From positions 1-64,000 of the forward strand of contig NIVC01000932.1 of the NCBI GenBank assembly GCA_002269645.1: 64,000 bases of DNA. Reading direction: 5' to 3'. Under the pieces are notes generated by a model, which was not told the origin of the DNA, ran no database searches, and was given only the letters and a program-made list of their open reading frames with translations. Below, piece after piece: positions 49,254 to 62,900 of the stretch. The position numbers and the translations under genes were made by a program. Within the stretch, counting starts at the first letter, position 1; each line of letters opens with the position of its first letter. The stretch comes from Macrostomum lignano. Its lineage: Eukaryota.

Positions 49254-52200
49254 TCACTTCCTCTGCTTGCTGGCGGCGTTCCTCGCTGTCATCATTCGGT
49301 AGAATTCCTCGAAGTCCACCAGCCCGTCCTTGTTGAAGTCCGCCTCCGCGATCATGTCGGCCGCCTCACGTTCGGACAGCTTGATGCCCAGATTGCTCAG
49401 CACGTGCCGCAGTTCCAGAGGACTGATAAATCTGGATTGGGGTGTCAGAGTGTCTGCATGGTTTGAAGGCTCCACTCTTGCATGCCCATCCACCTCACTC
49501 CGCCATAGACCGCACTTCACCATCCACCTCACTCCGCCACCCACCTCACTCCGCCACCCACCTCACTCCGCCACCCACCTCACTCCGCCACCCACCTCAC
49601 TCCGCCACCCACCTCACTCCGCCACCTACCTCACTCCGCCACCCACCTCACTCCGCCACCCACCTCACTCCGCCACCCACCTCACTCCGCCACCCACCTC
49701 ACTCCGCCACCCACCTCACTCCGCCACCCACCTCACTCCGCCACCCACCTCACTCCGCCACCCACCTCACTCCGCCACCCACCTCACTCCGCCACCCACC
49801 TCACTCCGCCACCCACCTCACTCCGCCACCCACCTCACTCCGCCACCCACCTCACTCCGCCACCCACCTCACTCCGCCACCCATCTCATTCCGTCACCCA
49901 TCACTTCTCTGCTCACTTTCTCCCCGAAACTGAGTCAGCCCTCACCCATCCTGGTCTCTGTCGAACACCTTGAATGTTTCTTGTATTTCAGATCTGAGTT
50001 CATCTTCAGTCTTTCGAGTCTCCATCAGGGCCACGAATTCGGAGAAATCGATTGAACCGCTGCGCTTGTCGGAGCGTTGATTTCGGCCATCCTGGTTACG
50101 ACGACATTATAGCGAATCACTTTGTATTTTTCAAAATAGCTAACGGTGTAAATCATGCATAGGACCAGCTCGAAAGTTCAGAATCGTCCCTAATCTTGTT
50201 TAAACCTTGTTGTCCGTGGAGCTTGTGACGTGTCAGATTTGAGCCCTTTTTACTTTTGACGCTAGGGGCTTTTGAAGTTTGGAACTTGTGACGCTCGGGG
50301 CTTTTGAAGTTTGGAGTTTCTGAGCACTTAAAAGCAGTGCTTCAGAAGAGCAATAAGAGCAAATTTAGACTAGATTTGTAATTCAGTTCTACAACTATAG
50401 GAAGTTTTCACTAAAAACACGGAAATATCGAAGACCTGATTATCACCTTGTCAGCGACATTTCGTCTGGCGTTGGCGACGGCCCCGATGGCCTGGAGCTG
50501 CGAATCCGGCATCTCCTGGCCCAGGCTGCGCATCACCCGGCCGAGATCCTTCGTGGTGATGCAACCGTCACCTTCAGGAGTGGGAAAATTTGGGTGTGAG
50601 GAAGCTTTAGAAGCTACCTGTCGTATCTGATCGAAGGGAGTGAAAAAAATAACCTGGCACCCTGCTGGCATTTTATATTTACAGATATGTAGTCTAAATA
50701 TGAGTTTTAGTTCTCATTGTAATCCGATCCAGTGTGCATTAATTAAGTGTCACATGAGACTCAGTGTCACTGAGATCGGCTGCTTCTTCTCGCTCATGCT
50801 TATTCTATCAGTTCGTTCAGAACCGGATCAATTGCAGCATTCTGCACCATTCGCTTTGCACCAGTTTCACCTTTGCACCTACTGTCTCTGTAAGACCTGC
50901 ATTCTTCTTAATCTCCAGTCTTGAATGCTGTTTGAGCATTTGAGCTGTTTGACCGTTTGAGCTGTTTAGCATGCTCATTGTGGTAACTAGGACATGCTCA
51001 CTAAAGTACCAGGGCAGGCTCACTGAAGTACCAGGACGTGCTCACTGAGGTAACTAAGGCATTCTCAATGAAGTATCTGAGCATGCTCACTTAGGTAACT
51101 AGGGCATGCTCACTGAGGTAACTAGGGCATTCTTACTGAGGTAACTAGGGCATGCTCACTTAGGTAACTAGGGCATTCTTACTGAGGTAACTAGGGCATT
51201 CTTACTGAGGTAACTAAGGCATTCTTACTGAGGTAACTAGGGCATTCTTACTGAGGTAACTAGGGCATTCTTACTGAGGTAACTAGGGCATTCTTACTGA
51301 GGTAACTAGGGCATTCTTACTGAGGTAACTAGGGCATTCTTACTGAGGTAACTAAGGCATTCTTACTGAGGTAACTAGGGCATTCTTACTGAGGTAACTA
51401 GGGCATTCTTACTGAGGTAACTAGGGCATTCTTACTGAGGTAACTAGGGCATTCTTACTGAGGTAACTAGGGCATTCTTACTGAGGTAACTAGGGCATGC
51501 TCACTGAGGTAACTAGGGCGTGCTCACTGAGGTAACTAAGGCATGCTCACTGAGGTAACTAAGGCATGCTCACTGAGGTAACTATAACGCATGCTCACTG
51601 AGGTAACTAGGGCGTGCTCACTGAGGTAACTAAGGTATGCTCACTGAGGTAACTAAGGCGTGCTCACTGAGGTAACTAGGGCGTGCTCACTGAGGTAACT
51701 AAGGCATGCTCACTGAGGTAACTAAGGCGTGCTCACTGAGGTAACTAGGGCGTGTTCACTGAGGTAACTAAGGCATGCTCACTGAGGTAACTATAACGCA
51801 TGCTCACTGAGGTAACTAGGGCGTGCTCACTGAGGTAACTAAGGCATGCTCACTGAGGTAACTAGGGCGTGCTCACTGAGGTAACTAAGGCATGCTCACT
51901 GAGGTAACTAGGGCATGCTAAATGAAGTACCTGAGCATGCTCACTGAGAGACAGCGTCATGTAGTTCTGTCAATATGTATCTCACAATATGTAGCAATAA
52001 TAACCATTTTTTAAGCAATCTAAGTTGGACAAGACTACTTTAAGTAGCTCGCTTTAAGATTAGCAAATAAGCTCAGCTACAGACGGGGCAGGTAGCAAAA
52101 AATAGTCTCTTTGTCGAAGAGTCTTTATTGATGGATAGCTAGTAGGACTTCCTGACGGGGAAGTTAGCTTAGGGAAGTTTCACAACCATGTTTAGCTTGG

Positions 52201-55200
52201 TGGCAAACAAGGCTTACTGAGCAGTGAGCTAGCTGCCCAGGAACTGAGAATTAGGATTGCTTCTAAGCCTTGTAAAACAAAGCTTTAGTGTCAACTAGCA
52301 GAAAGAGACAGGATTTCCGGAAGCAGCTCGTGGTGCGCACAAAGCTGCCACGGTTGACACAATGGGACAATCATCCCCGCATGATCCTAGGAGGCTGTAC
52401 TTCTCCATTATCCATGCTAATCCAGCTTTTTTGCTTCTAAGTACTCGGAAGGAAGAGAGAAGCAGGTCTAGGAACACTTATATTTGAGCTCATCCTGCTC
52501 AGTCCGGGCTCAGACTTCTTGTCTGCATGCAGAAGTGCACCAACACTTATAGGCCAAGAATTGACAGCCGGGAGAAGAAAGGTTGAGCACGAGACAGCAC
52601 CAGCTCTCAATGAGCCTCATTTAGGCATGGTGGGCCCGAGGACAACTGAGATCTGACTTTGCACTTGAAAATCATGCGAATTTAATAGGAAGTTTTTAGT
52701 GCTTTGGCACTGAGTTCGCAATCTTTCACCTTCTGGATTTAAAATTCCAAATGAAGTAAAAATACTAATAATGTTTGCAGGAGGGCTGCAGGCACACAGG
52801 CACAAGCCTTCGGCGACATCATCCCAACATCCAGCAGCGCCAAGGCAATTCTGCCCGTTCCACTGACTCCGATGGGCCCAAACAAGCGCACCAATGCTGT
52901 TGGTGAGAGTCAGGCGAGAGTCAGGTGAGAGTCAGGTGAGAGTCAGGTGAGAGTCAGATGAGAGGCAGATGAGAGTCAGGCGAGAGTCAGATGAGAGGCA
53001 GATGAGAGTCGGGCGAGAGTCAGGTGATAGTCAGGTGAGAGTCAGGCGAGAGTCAAGCGAGAGTCAAGTGATAGTCAGGTGAGAGTCAGGCGAGAGTCAG
53101 GTGAGAGTCAGGCGAGAGTCAGGCAAGAGTCAAGCGAGAGTCAGGCGAGAGTCAGGCGAGAGTCAGATGAGAGTCAGCTGAGAGTCAGGCGAGAGTCAGG
53201 CGAGAGTCAGATGAGAGTCAGATGAGAGTCAGCTGAGAGTCAGGCGAGAGTCAGGCAAGAGTCAAGCGAGAGTCACGCGAGAGTCAGGCAAGAGTCAAGC
53301 GAGAGTCACGCGAGAGTCAGGCAAGAGTCAAGCGAGAGTCACGCGAGAGTCAGATGAGAGTCAGCTGAGAGTCAGGCGAGAGTCAGGCAAGAGTCAAGCG
53401 AGAGTCAGGCGAGAGTCAGGCAAGAGTCAGATGAGAGTCAGCTGAGAGTCAGGTGAGAGTCAGGCAAGAGTCAAGCGAGAGTCAGGCGAGAGTCAGGCGA
53501 GAGTCAGATGAGAGTCAGCTGAGAGTCAGGCGAGATTCAGGCGAGAGTCAGATGAGAGTCAGATGAGAGTCAGCTGAGAGTCAGGCGAGAGTCAGGTGAG
53601 AGTCAGGAAAGAGTCAAGCGAGAGTCAGGCGAGGTGAGAGTCAGCTGAGAGTCAGGCGAGAGTCAGGCAAGAGTCAAGCGAGAGTCAGGCGAGAGTCAGG
53701 CGAGAGTCAGGCGAGAGTCAGGCGAGAGTCAGGCAAGAGTCAGGTGAGAGTCAGGCGAGAGTCAGATGAAAGTCAGCTGAGAGTCAGGCGAGAGTCAGAT
53801 GAGAGTCAGATGAGAGTCAGGCGAGAGTCAGGCGAGAGTCAGGCAAGAGTCAGGCGAGAGTCAGGCGAGAGTCAAGCGAGAGTCAGGCGAGAGTCAGGCG
53901 AGAGTCAGGCGAGAGTCAGGCGAGAGTCAGGTGAGAGTCAGGCGAGAGTCAGGTGAGAGTCAGGTGAGAGTCAGATGAGAGTCAGCTGAGAGTCAGCTGA
54001 GAGTCAGGCAAGAGTCAAGCGAGAGTCAAGCGAGAGTCAGGCGAGAGTCAGGCGAGAGTCTGCTCTCTCATTCCAAGAGCTTTCTCATTCCAAAGTTCGT
54101 TTTAAAAAGTTTGAGAACGTATCATTGGAGAGCGACAAATTGGAACTTTACTTTCTTTCACCTCGAACTAAATGCATTCTGGATTCATTTATGATGATGT
54201 TTCAGATTAATGCGTAGTATTTTAGAAGCGCCTCACTCAGAAAACACTTGAACTCAGCACCGTGGCCCACGTTTTACAGCCTTCTTTCACTAGCAATAAA
54301 ACTTGAGCTGTGAATGAAGAATAATACTCACTGTTGTCTTGCACGGCGTTCTACTTGCGCAGTGTACAATGAGCTGTCTTGGGAGTGCATGACGATTGCG
54401 AAGAGTTTTTCAAGGGACTTTTTTCAATCACTGCTCACATTTTATAAGACGGTTTAGGACACCGTCAGGACACTGGTAGAGGAGACACGGTTTTGCTAGA
54501 TGGCATATAGATCATGCCCAAATCGCATATATAGAGCATGCCTAAATCGCATATAGATCATGCCCAAATCGCATATAGATCATGCCCAAATCGCATATAG
54601 ATCATGCCCAAATCGCATATAGATCATGCCTAGATCGCATATAGATCATGCCTAGATCGCATATAGATCATGCCTAGATCGCATATAGATCATGCCTAGA
54701 TCGCATATAGATCATGCCCAAATCGCATATATAGAGCATGCCCAAATCGCATATAGATCATGCCTAGATCGCATATAGATCATGCCTAGATCGCATATAG
54801 ATCATGCCTAGATCGCATATAGATCATGCCTAGATCGCATATTTAGAGCATGCCTAGATCGCATATAGATCATGCCTAGATCGCATATAGATCATGCCTA
54901 GATCGCATATAGATCATGCCTAGATCGCATATAGATCATGCCTAGATCGCATATAGATCATGCCTAGATCACATATAGATCATGCCTAGATCGCATATAG
55001 ATCATGCCTAGATCGCGTATAGATCATGCCTAGATCGCATATATAGATCATGCCTAAATCGCATATAGATCATGCCTAGATCGCATATAGATCATGCCTA
55101 GATCGCATATAGATCATGCCTAGATCGCATATATAGAGCATGCCTAGATCGCATATAGATCATGCCCAAATCGCATATAGATCATGCCCAAATCGCATAT

Positions 55201-55306
55201 AGATCATGCCTAGATCGCATCAGAACTCACCGTCTTTGTCAAACAGAGCGAATGCTTCCCTGTACTCGGCCACCAGACCCTGGTCGAATTTGCTGAGATC
55301 AGCCAT
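49254..55306 (-). CDS. Calmodulin-like EF-hand protein (174 aa)
   Basis: Exons 55306-55231, 50571-50447, 50091-49946 and 49431-49254, GT-AG and phase-consistent. [80 protein letters not shown]. Confidence 0.88.
49488..49885. repeat. 17-bp minisatellite (cactccgccacccacct)n
   Basis: Directly visible; related to the 14-bp unit at 48712. Confidence 0.95.
51020..51945. repeat. 23-bp minisatellite (actgaggtaactagggcattctt)n
   Basis: Directly visible. Confidence 0.96.
52905..54060. repeat. 11-bp minisatellite (gagagtcaggc)n
   Basis: Directly visible. Confidence 0.97.
54505..55220. repeat. 22-bp minisatellite (atagatcatgcctagatcgcat)n
   Basis: Directly visible; abuts the calmodulin-like exon 1 donor. 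Confidence 0.96.
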
Positions 55307-56278
55307 CTCGTGCCTCACTCACTCTCTCTCTCTCTCTCTCTGCCCTACTCTTTCAAGCCGCAGTTATTTTTGCTTTCTTCAATTCAGAGAAGATGAATAA
55401 GAAGAGTTCTTCTTCTTTGCAAACGTTAGCAGAAAGCCCTCGGGCAACAATGGCCTCTGTCGACAGCTTGGAATTTAGACTCGCATAAAAATGAGAGAGA
55501 GAGACGCACAGAGCGAATGACGGCAGAGGGCTGGAGCGGACCGGTGGGGGCTGCCATCCAATCAAATACTTCAAACTTATCTGTTTCTGTTTCAATTTAG
55601 ATTATCTCTCCAGCTGCTGCCGCTTATCAAGGTGCCACTCTTACCTCTCGGCAAATATTACTCAGGCTGAGAGCGGGGTTGCTCTCGCGAAAAAAATGAA
55701 TTGAAAGTCTATAGCTAAAGGCTTCTGGAGCCATTACCTGCTGACACAACCTGCACCCCCGCCCCCCAAATGCTTGCCTAGCGCAGCGCCTCCATTGCAA
55801 ACCATTGCAAAGAATAAAAAGAAAAATATACAGAGCTAAAATAAGTTATGCCGTGAATTCTAAAGCCTGCTGCTCGATGAACTAGGGCTTGACAGTTTGG
55901 CTTGAAGCAGAAATAATTGAAAGAAACCGCGACTCTCTTGCCTGCCAAAGGCATCGCCCACAAGCCTGTCAGAGTATCGGAAGAGGCTGGGGAGGCTGCC
56001 AACCGCTCTTAATAATGCGTTCTCATTGTTGCTAGGCGTGCCAGGGACTGCCAAGCATCTTATTTTTTTAAAAATGGCGAGAGAACCCGGTGCAGGGGCC
56101 GAGATCTGAGCCGCATCACCCCCAGACTGAAACCCCCCAGTCTTTGCCCCTAGTTGAGGAGGCAACCAAGAAAATAATATTACTTTTTTCGAGAAAAAAT
56201 TCTGTACCCAAAAAAAGCCATGTACACCTATCGTAGTCACTGTTTTTTAAGTCAGATATATGTGTTTCAATAAAAAGC

Positions 56279-57010
56279 AATTCCCCCAGTGAGCCATGGC
56301 CTCACAGAAATTCCCCGTGAGCATAAGCATAGGCCTCTCCGCAATTCCCCATGAGCACTGACTGACCTCTCAGCAATTCCCCGTGAGCACTAGCGTCTCA
56401 ACAATTCCCCGTGAGCACTGGCCTCTCAGCTATTCCCCGTGAGCACTGGCCTTTCAGCAATTCCCCGTGAGCACTAGCGTCTCAACAATTCCCCGTGAGC
56501 ACTGGCCTCTCAGCAACTCCCCTTTAAGCACTGGCCTCTCAGCAATTCCCCATGAGCACTGGCCTCTCAGCAATTCCCCTTTAAGCACTGGCCTCTCAGC
56601 AATTCCCCATGAGCACTGGCCTCTCAGCAATTCCCCTTTAAGCACTGGTCTCTCAGCAATTCCCCATGAGCACTGGCCTCTCATCTATTCCCCATGAGCA
56701 CTGGCCTCTCAGCAATTCCCCATGAGCACTAGCCTCTCAGCAATTCCCCATGAGCACTGGCCTCTCAGCAATTCCCCATGAGCACTGGCCTCTCAGCAAT
56801 TCCCCTTTAAGCACTGGTCTCTCAGCAATTCCCCATGAGCACTGGCCTCTCAGCAATTCCCCTTTAAGCACTGGTCCCTCAGCAATCCCCATGAGCACTG
56901 GCCTCTCAGCTATTCCCCATGAGCACTGGCCTCTCAGCAATTCCCCATGAGCACTGGCCTCTCAGCAATTCCCCATGAGCACTAGCCTCTCAGCAATTCC
57001 CAGTGAGCCA
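56279..57010. repeat. 28-bp minisatellite (ccccatgagcactggcctctcagcaatt)n
   Basis: Directly visible. Confidence 0.95.
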
Positions 57011-57584
57011 TGACGGCTCATCAACTCCCATTTAGTCATTAAGCCTAACCTTATGCAAATTAAAATTAAGCCCAATAAAAAGTTTAACTAATTATTTGTT
57101 TCCCCGAACATCTACTGGAAGTAGCCGGTTGCGCTATATTTTTAATAGAAAATTGCAGAATAAATGATATTGTATTTCCAAATTAGCTAAATTTAAGTAA
57201 GTTTTTAAACTATGGATTCAATAAACTACATTCATATTCTTAACTTTTTCCAATTTAGTTACCACTTCACCATAATCGAGCGATTGTACTTATACAAGCA
57301 GCCGACAGTATAGCCAAATAAGATACTTGTGAACTATCAACCACTGTTGTGTCGGAATAAGCTGCCAAACCTTTTTCTATCCAGGCACATCCTCCCAGAC
57401 CCTGGGTCAAATCCCCGGGATTTAGATCGCAGCAAGAACTGATGAGGGCCAATACGATTGTGCATCAGGTCGCTGCACTGTGCCGCTCTGTCTGGGAAGG
57501 CAGCAAAACTGGCTGAACTGCTTAGCTGCGGGCCCGCCTCTCACCTTCATTTTTACCCAAGCCAGCGCCCCAGCTTCCCTGCAC

Positions 57585-58290
57585 TTTCCCTCTCCCCCTC
57601 TCCCTCTCCCTCTCTCCCTGTCCCCCTGTCACTCCCTCTCTTTCTCACCCTCTCCCTCTCTCCCTGTCCCCTCTCTCCTTCTCACTCTCTCCCTGTCCCC
57701 CTCTCTCCCTGTCCCCCCTCTCCCTGTCCCCCTCTCTCCCTCTCTTTCTCACCCTCTCTCCCTCTCTTTCTCACCCTCTCCCTCTCTCCCTCTCCCTCTC
57801 CCCCTGTCCCCTCTCTCCCTCTCACTCTCTCCCTGTCCCCCTCTCTCCCTCTCTTTCTCACCCTCTCCCTCTCCCCCTCTCTTTCTCACCCTCTCCCTCT
57901 CCCCCTCTCTTTCTCACCCTCTCCCTCTCTCCCTCTCACTCTCTCCCTGTCCCCCTCTCTCCCTCTCTTTCTCACCCTCTCCCTCTCTCCCTCTCACTCT
58001 CTCCCTGTCCCCCTCTCTCCCTCTCTTTCTCACCCTCTCCCTCTCTCCCTCTCCCTCTCTCCCTGTCCCCTCTCACCCTCTCTTTCTCACCCTCTCCCTC
58101 TCCCCCTGTCCCTTCTTTTCCTTTCTTTCTCACCCTCTCCCTCTCACCCTCTCACCCTCTCCCTATTTCCCTCTCACTCTCTCCCTGCCCAACTCTCTCC
58201 GTCTCTTTCTCACCCTCTCCCTCTCTCCCTCTCACTTCTCACTTCTCACTGTCCCTCTCCCTCTCTCACTTCCTCTTTCTCTCCCTCTAT
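57585..58290. repeat. CT-rich low-complexity repeat
   Basis: Directly visible. Confidence 0.95.
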
Positions 58291-58859
58291 ATCTACCTAA
58301 ATGGCTTACACAAGTCCACATATTTATGCAATTAATAATGTAGGTACGAGTCACAGTTATGTGGCCTGAGCTCTGGCCAAGTTCAAACTGTAATTACAAA
58401 AGAATATTACACTTTTTTGCATTATGCAGCCAAGAAAATACTAGCGTATCCAGTAGCGCTTTACACTTAGTCGCAAATAAATCCGAGTTTAAAGTTTGCT
58501 GTTACATGTCTGCCCTCAGGTACACCTTAACCTGTACAAAATAAGGGGCCGTATCCGAGGGTCAAGCAGTCTGGTTGGCCAGTTGGGAGACCTGCTCCTA
58601 ACAGCAGGTTTGGTTGGCAACAAGTTTCCCAACAACCGAGCAAGCAATTAGTTTTTTGGCTGATAGAAGGTTATAATTGCCCCGAACCCTTGGCAGCAAG
58701 CAGCTCGACTATACTGCTGTAGACTTTGTAGACTTTTTAGACTCGTATTGGTGCCGCCAGAGCATGGACTGCGTGGCATAAATATCTGGCTTTGAAGCTG
58801 AATGATGGAAGAGTTCAGATAGTAAGCCCTGCTTACTGTGGCGTGTGAGGGCGAAACAA

Positions 58860-59631
58860 CCACATGCTTTAACCATAGACTAAACTAAGGGTGTGGGCAA
58901 AGACCTGAGAAGGCCACATACTTTAACCATAGACTAAACTAAGGGTGTTGGCAAAGACCTGAGAAGCCCCACATACTTTAACCATAGACTAAACTATGGG
59001 TGTGGGCAAAGACCTGAGAAGGCCACATACTTTAACCATAGACTAAACTAAGGGTGTTGGCAAAGACCTGAGAAGCCCCACATACTTTAACCATAGACTA
59101 AACTAAGGGTGTTGGCAAAGACCTGAGAAGCCCCACATACTTTAACCATAGACTAAACTATGGGTGTGGGCAAAGCCCAGAGAAGGCCACATACTTTAAC
59201 CATAGACTAAACTAAGGGTGTGGGCAAAGCCCAGAGAAGGCCACATACTTTAACCATAGACTAAACTAAGGGTGTGGGCAAAGCCCAGAGAAGGCCACAT
59301 ACTTTAACCATAGACTAAACTAAGGATGTGGGAAAAGCCCAGAAAAGCCCCACATACTTTAACCATAGACTAAACTATAAGGATGTGGGAAAAGCCCAGA
59401 AAAGCCCCACATACTTAAACCATAGACTAAACTAAGGGTGTGGGAAAAGCCCAGAAAAGCCCCACATACTTTAACCATAGACTAAACTAAGGGTGTGGGA
59501 AAAGCCCAGAAAAGCCCCACATACTTTAACCATAGACTAAACTAAGGGTGTGGGAAAAGCCCAGAAAAGCCCCACATACTTTAACCATAAACTAAACTAA
59601 GGGTGTGGGCAAAGCCCAGAGAAGGCCACAT
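58860..59631. repeat. 54-55-bp minisatellite, ~14 copies
   Basis: ccacatactttaaccatagactaaactaagggtgtgggcaaag... with a gradient of unit variants along the array. Confidence 0.96.
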
Positions 59632-60064
59632 TCAGGGGTTCATGTTCCGACAGTTTCCAGTCTAGATTTCTAGGCTTAGAAATCCATTACGTAGGCCACA
59701 GTTGGATTATTGAATTAATAACCTGTTTTGACTTGATTTGACTTGAGCAAAACCTCCCAGCAATCTTCGTTCGCTAATTCCTTGCCTGAATTAATAAATA
59801 ATCCAAAAATCAAATGAAAAATAAAAAATCCAAAAATCCAAAAGTCAATTAGTTTATTCATTCTTATCAGAATAATTTGGCGGTTCTGCAAATCGCAGCT
59901 AAATGGCCATGAGCTGGAAATAAAGTCTCCAACGCGGCATGAGTGGCCTGGAGGTAGTGAGTTTGGGATTTTATTTTATCAGGGTAAGACTCCCCTTTCA
60001 TAAGTTTACGAGTAGTGCTAGGGTTGTTGTCTCCGGGAACTGAGTCGGCATACTGCGCGTCCTT

Positions 60065-60620
60065 TAAGCGTCATATCTATTGGGTCTTCGTGGCGCTAAA
60101 TTTACTGAGTCCTTTGGCACCATATCTATCGGGTCTTTGTGGCGCTAAAACTACCGAGTCCTTGTGGCGCCATATCAATCGGGTCTTTGTGGCGCTAAAA
60201 CTACCGAGTCCTTGTGGCGCCATATCAATCGGGTCTTTGTGGCGCTAAAACTACTGGGTCCTTGTGGCGCGATATCTATCGGGTATTTGTGGCGCCAAAT
60301 CTACTGGGTCCTTGTGGTGCCAAATCTACTGGGTCCTTGTGGCGCCAAATCTACTGAGTCCTTGTGGCGCCAAATCTACTGGGTCCTTGTGATGCCAAAT
60401 CTACTGGGTCCTTGTTGCGCCAAATCTACTGGGTCCTTGTGATGCCAAATCTATTGGGTCCTTGTTGCGCCCAATCTACTGGGTCCTTGTGGCGCCAAAT
60501 CTACTGGGTCCTTGTGGTGCCAAATCTACTGGGTCCTTGTGGCGCCAAAGCTACTGACTCATTGTAGCGCCATATCTATCGAGTCTTCGTGGCGCCATAT
60601 CTATCGAGTCTTCGTGGCCG
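60065..60620. repeat. 25-bp minisatellite (gtggcgccaaatctactgggtcctt)n
   Basis: Directly visible. Confidence 0.93.
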
Positions 60621-60742
60621 CCTTTTAAGTACCGAAAACAGCTTGAGGATCGAAAAAGTGCGAGAAGGGGTTCGCGAAAAACTCGAAGGCAATCAGGGCA
60701 AAAACTCAAAAGAAAACCGCCGCTAATGGAGCCGAAAATCCG

Positions 60743-61940
60743 TTATCTTTCGCTCTCGCTCTCTGCTTCAAGCGCCTCTTCCTGGTAGTTGGGTGACTCA
60801 TCCAGGTGATTCTTGGCACAGGTTTTGCCTTGGGATTGCGGGCTAGGGAATCGCTGCTGACCGATTTCTCTGCCTCCGCGCAGACTTTTTACTAAATCCT
60901 CCCGAGCTGTCACTCTTTGGTAGCTCCGGTTTCGGTTTCCTGGCGCCCGCGCCATCAAGGAACTGAATTCTTTTTATGCTTTTCAATGGCAACCCCGCTG
61001 AACTTTGTGCGAACTCTTGCTTCTCTTCGTGTGAGCGATTCTTCTGTCCTTTCCATCTCCTTCCACCTTTTCTATCAAATCTCCGTCTTTCCAGCTTCTC
61101 TCCTCTTCTTTCTCCGTTCTCAGCTGTCTCCTCCATCTCTTTTATCCATTCTCATATCTCCTGTTTTTGTTACTCCATCCTCTCCTCTCTCCCCTCTCCT
61201 CTCTCCCCTTTTACCTCTCCCCTCTCCTCTCTCCCCTTTTTCCTCTCCCCTCTCCTCTCTTCCCTCTTTCCCCTCCCCTCTCCTCTCTCCCCCTTTCCCT
61301 CTACTCTCTCCCCTTTTCCCTCTCCTCTCTCCCCTTTTTTCCTCTCCCATCTCCCCTCTCCTCTCTTCCTTTTTCCCTCTCCTCCCTCTCCTCTCTCCCC
61401 TTTTTTCTCTTCCCTCTCCTCTCTCCCCTTTTCTCTCTCCTCTCTCCCCTTTTCCCTCTCCTCTCTCCCCTTTTCCCTCTCCTCTCTCCCCTTTTTCCTC
61501 TCCCCTCTCCTCTCTCCCCTTTTTCCTCTCCCCTCTCCTCTCTCCCCTTTTTCCCTCTCCTCTCTCCCTTTTCCCTCTCCTCTCTCCCTTTTCCCTCTCC
61601 TCTCTCCCCTTTTCCCTCTCCTCTCTTCCCTTTTCCCTCTCCTCTCTCCCCTCTCCACTCTACACTCTCCGCTTTCCTCTCTATCCTCCCTTCTCCTCTC
61701 TGGCCCCTCTCCCCTCTTCCATCTACTCTCTCCCCTCTCCCTCTCCCATTTACCTTCTCCTGTATCCCCCCCTCTCTACCCCATGTCGCCTATTCACCAC
61801 ACAAAAAGGTTCGCGCAGTCCCTGACCCACCGGTTCAGCCACCGCTTATTCAGCTTTGGGACTCGATGCCTCTCAGTTTCCGATGCTTGGCTTTCAGTTC
61901 CGCTGGTGCTGGCTCGGAGCCAACAGTCCTGACTGGGGAT
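60743..61940 (-). other. Possible exons of an unidentified minus-strand gene
   Basis: GC-rich coding-like segments: ~61940-61797 (ASTSGTESQASETERHRVPKLNKRWLNRWVRDC, with a gtgaat donor) and ~60965-60743 after an ttcag acceptor. No homology recognised. Confidence 0.25.
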
Positions 61941-62900
61941 ATTGATTGATATGGTTCATCCCGGTATCAAGGCGGCTGCCCCCCCCCCACATCCATGAGA
62001 ATTCTAGCTGTTATCATTTTCTCCTCTTCGTGATTTTTCCCGTAAGTTTAACGAATCGCCAAGCTGCCCCTCATCTTCAGAGCTGGCAGTCAGCCAATAA
62101 GGACCCCCCGGAAGCCGAATCATGGAGACTCAGAACCAGAAACTGGAGTAGAAGCACTTTCCTAAACGAGCCATTTTCGGCTGACGGCTGTCTCTCTGTT
62201 TTAATACAAATGACAGGCAACTTTCTGCATCAATTTTTATTAAAATTCAAAACTTCTGTCAGTTATTTGAGCTGGCTCAGAATGCAGTGATATTTCACTC
62301 AAATGTGAATAGTTTATTTCACCATTAAAATGATACTCAGCCTCTCTTCTCTCCCTTTTCTCTCTACTCTCTCTCCCATCTCCTCACTCCACTCTCTTCG
62401 CTCCATCTCTCCCGGTCCGTCTCTCTATCTCCCTCTACCCCTCTCCCTCTCTCCCTCTCCCCCTCTCCCTCTCTCCCTCTCACTCTCCTACTGTCTCTCT
62501 CTCGCCTCTCCTCTCTCCTCTCTCCTCTCTCCAATCTCCTCTCTCCTCTCTTCCCTCTCCTATCACCTCTCCTCTCTCCTCTCTCCTCTCTCCTCTCTCC
62601 CATCTCCTCTCTCCTCTCTCCCCTCTCCTATCTCTTCTCCTCTACCCTCTCTCCTCTCTCCTCTCTCCTCTCTCCTCTCTCCTCTCTCCTCTCTCCTCTC
62701 TCCTCTCTCCCATCTCCTCTCTCCTCTCTCCCCTCTCCTATCTCCTCTCCTCTACCCTCTCTCCTCTCTCCTCTCTCCTCTCTCCTCTCTCCTCTCTCCT
62801 CTCTCCTCTCTCCTCTCTCCTCTCTCCTCTCTCGTCTCTCGTTTCTCATCTCTCCGATCAATCTCTACTTCTCTTCCCTCTCTTGTCTCCCCCCGTTCCT
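61175..62900. repeat. Two CT-rich blocks (61175-61775 and 62340-62900)
   Basis: (ctctcct)n-type low complexity. Confidence 0.93.
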
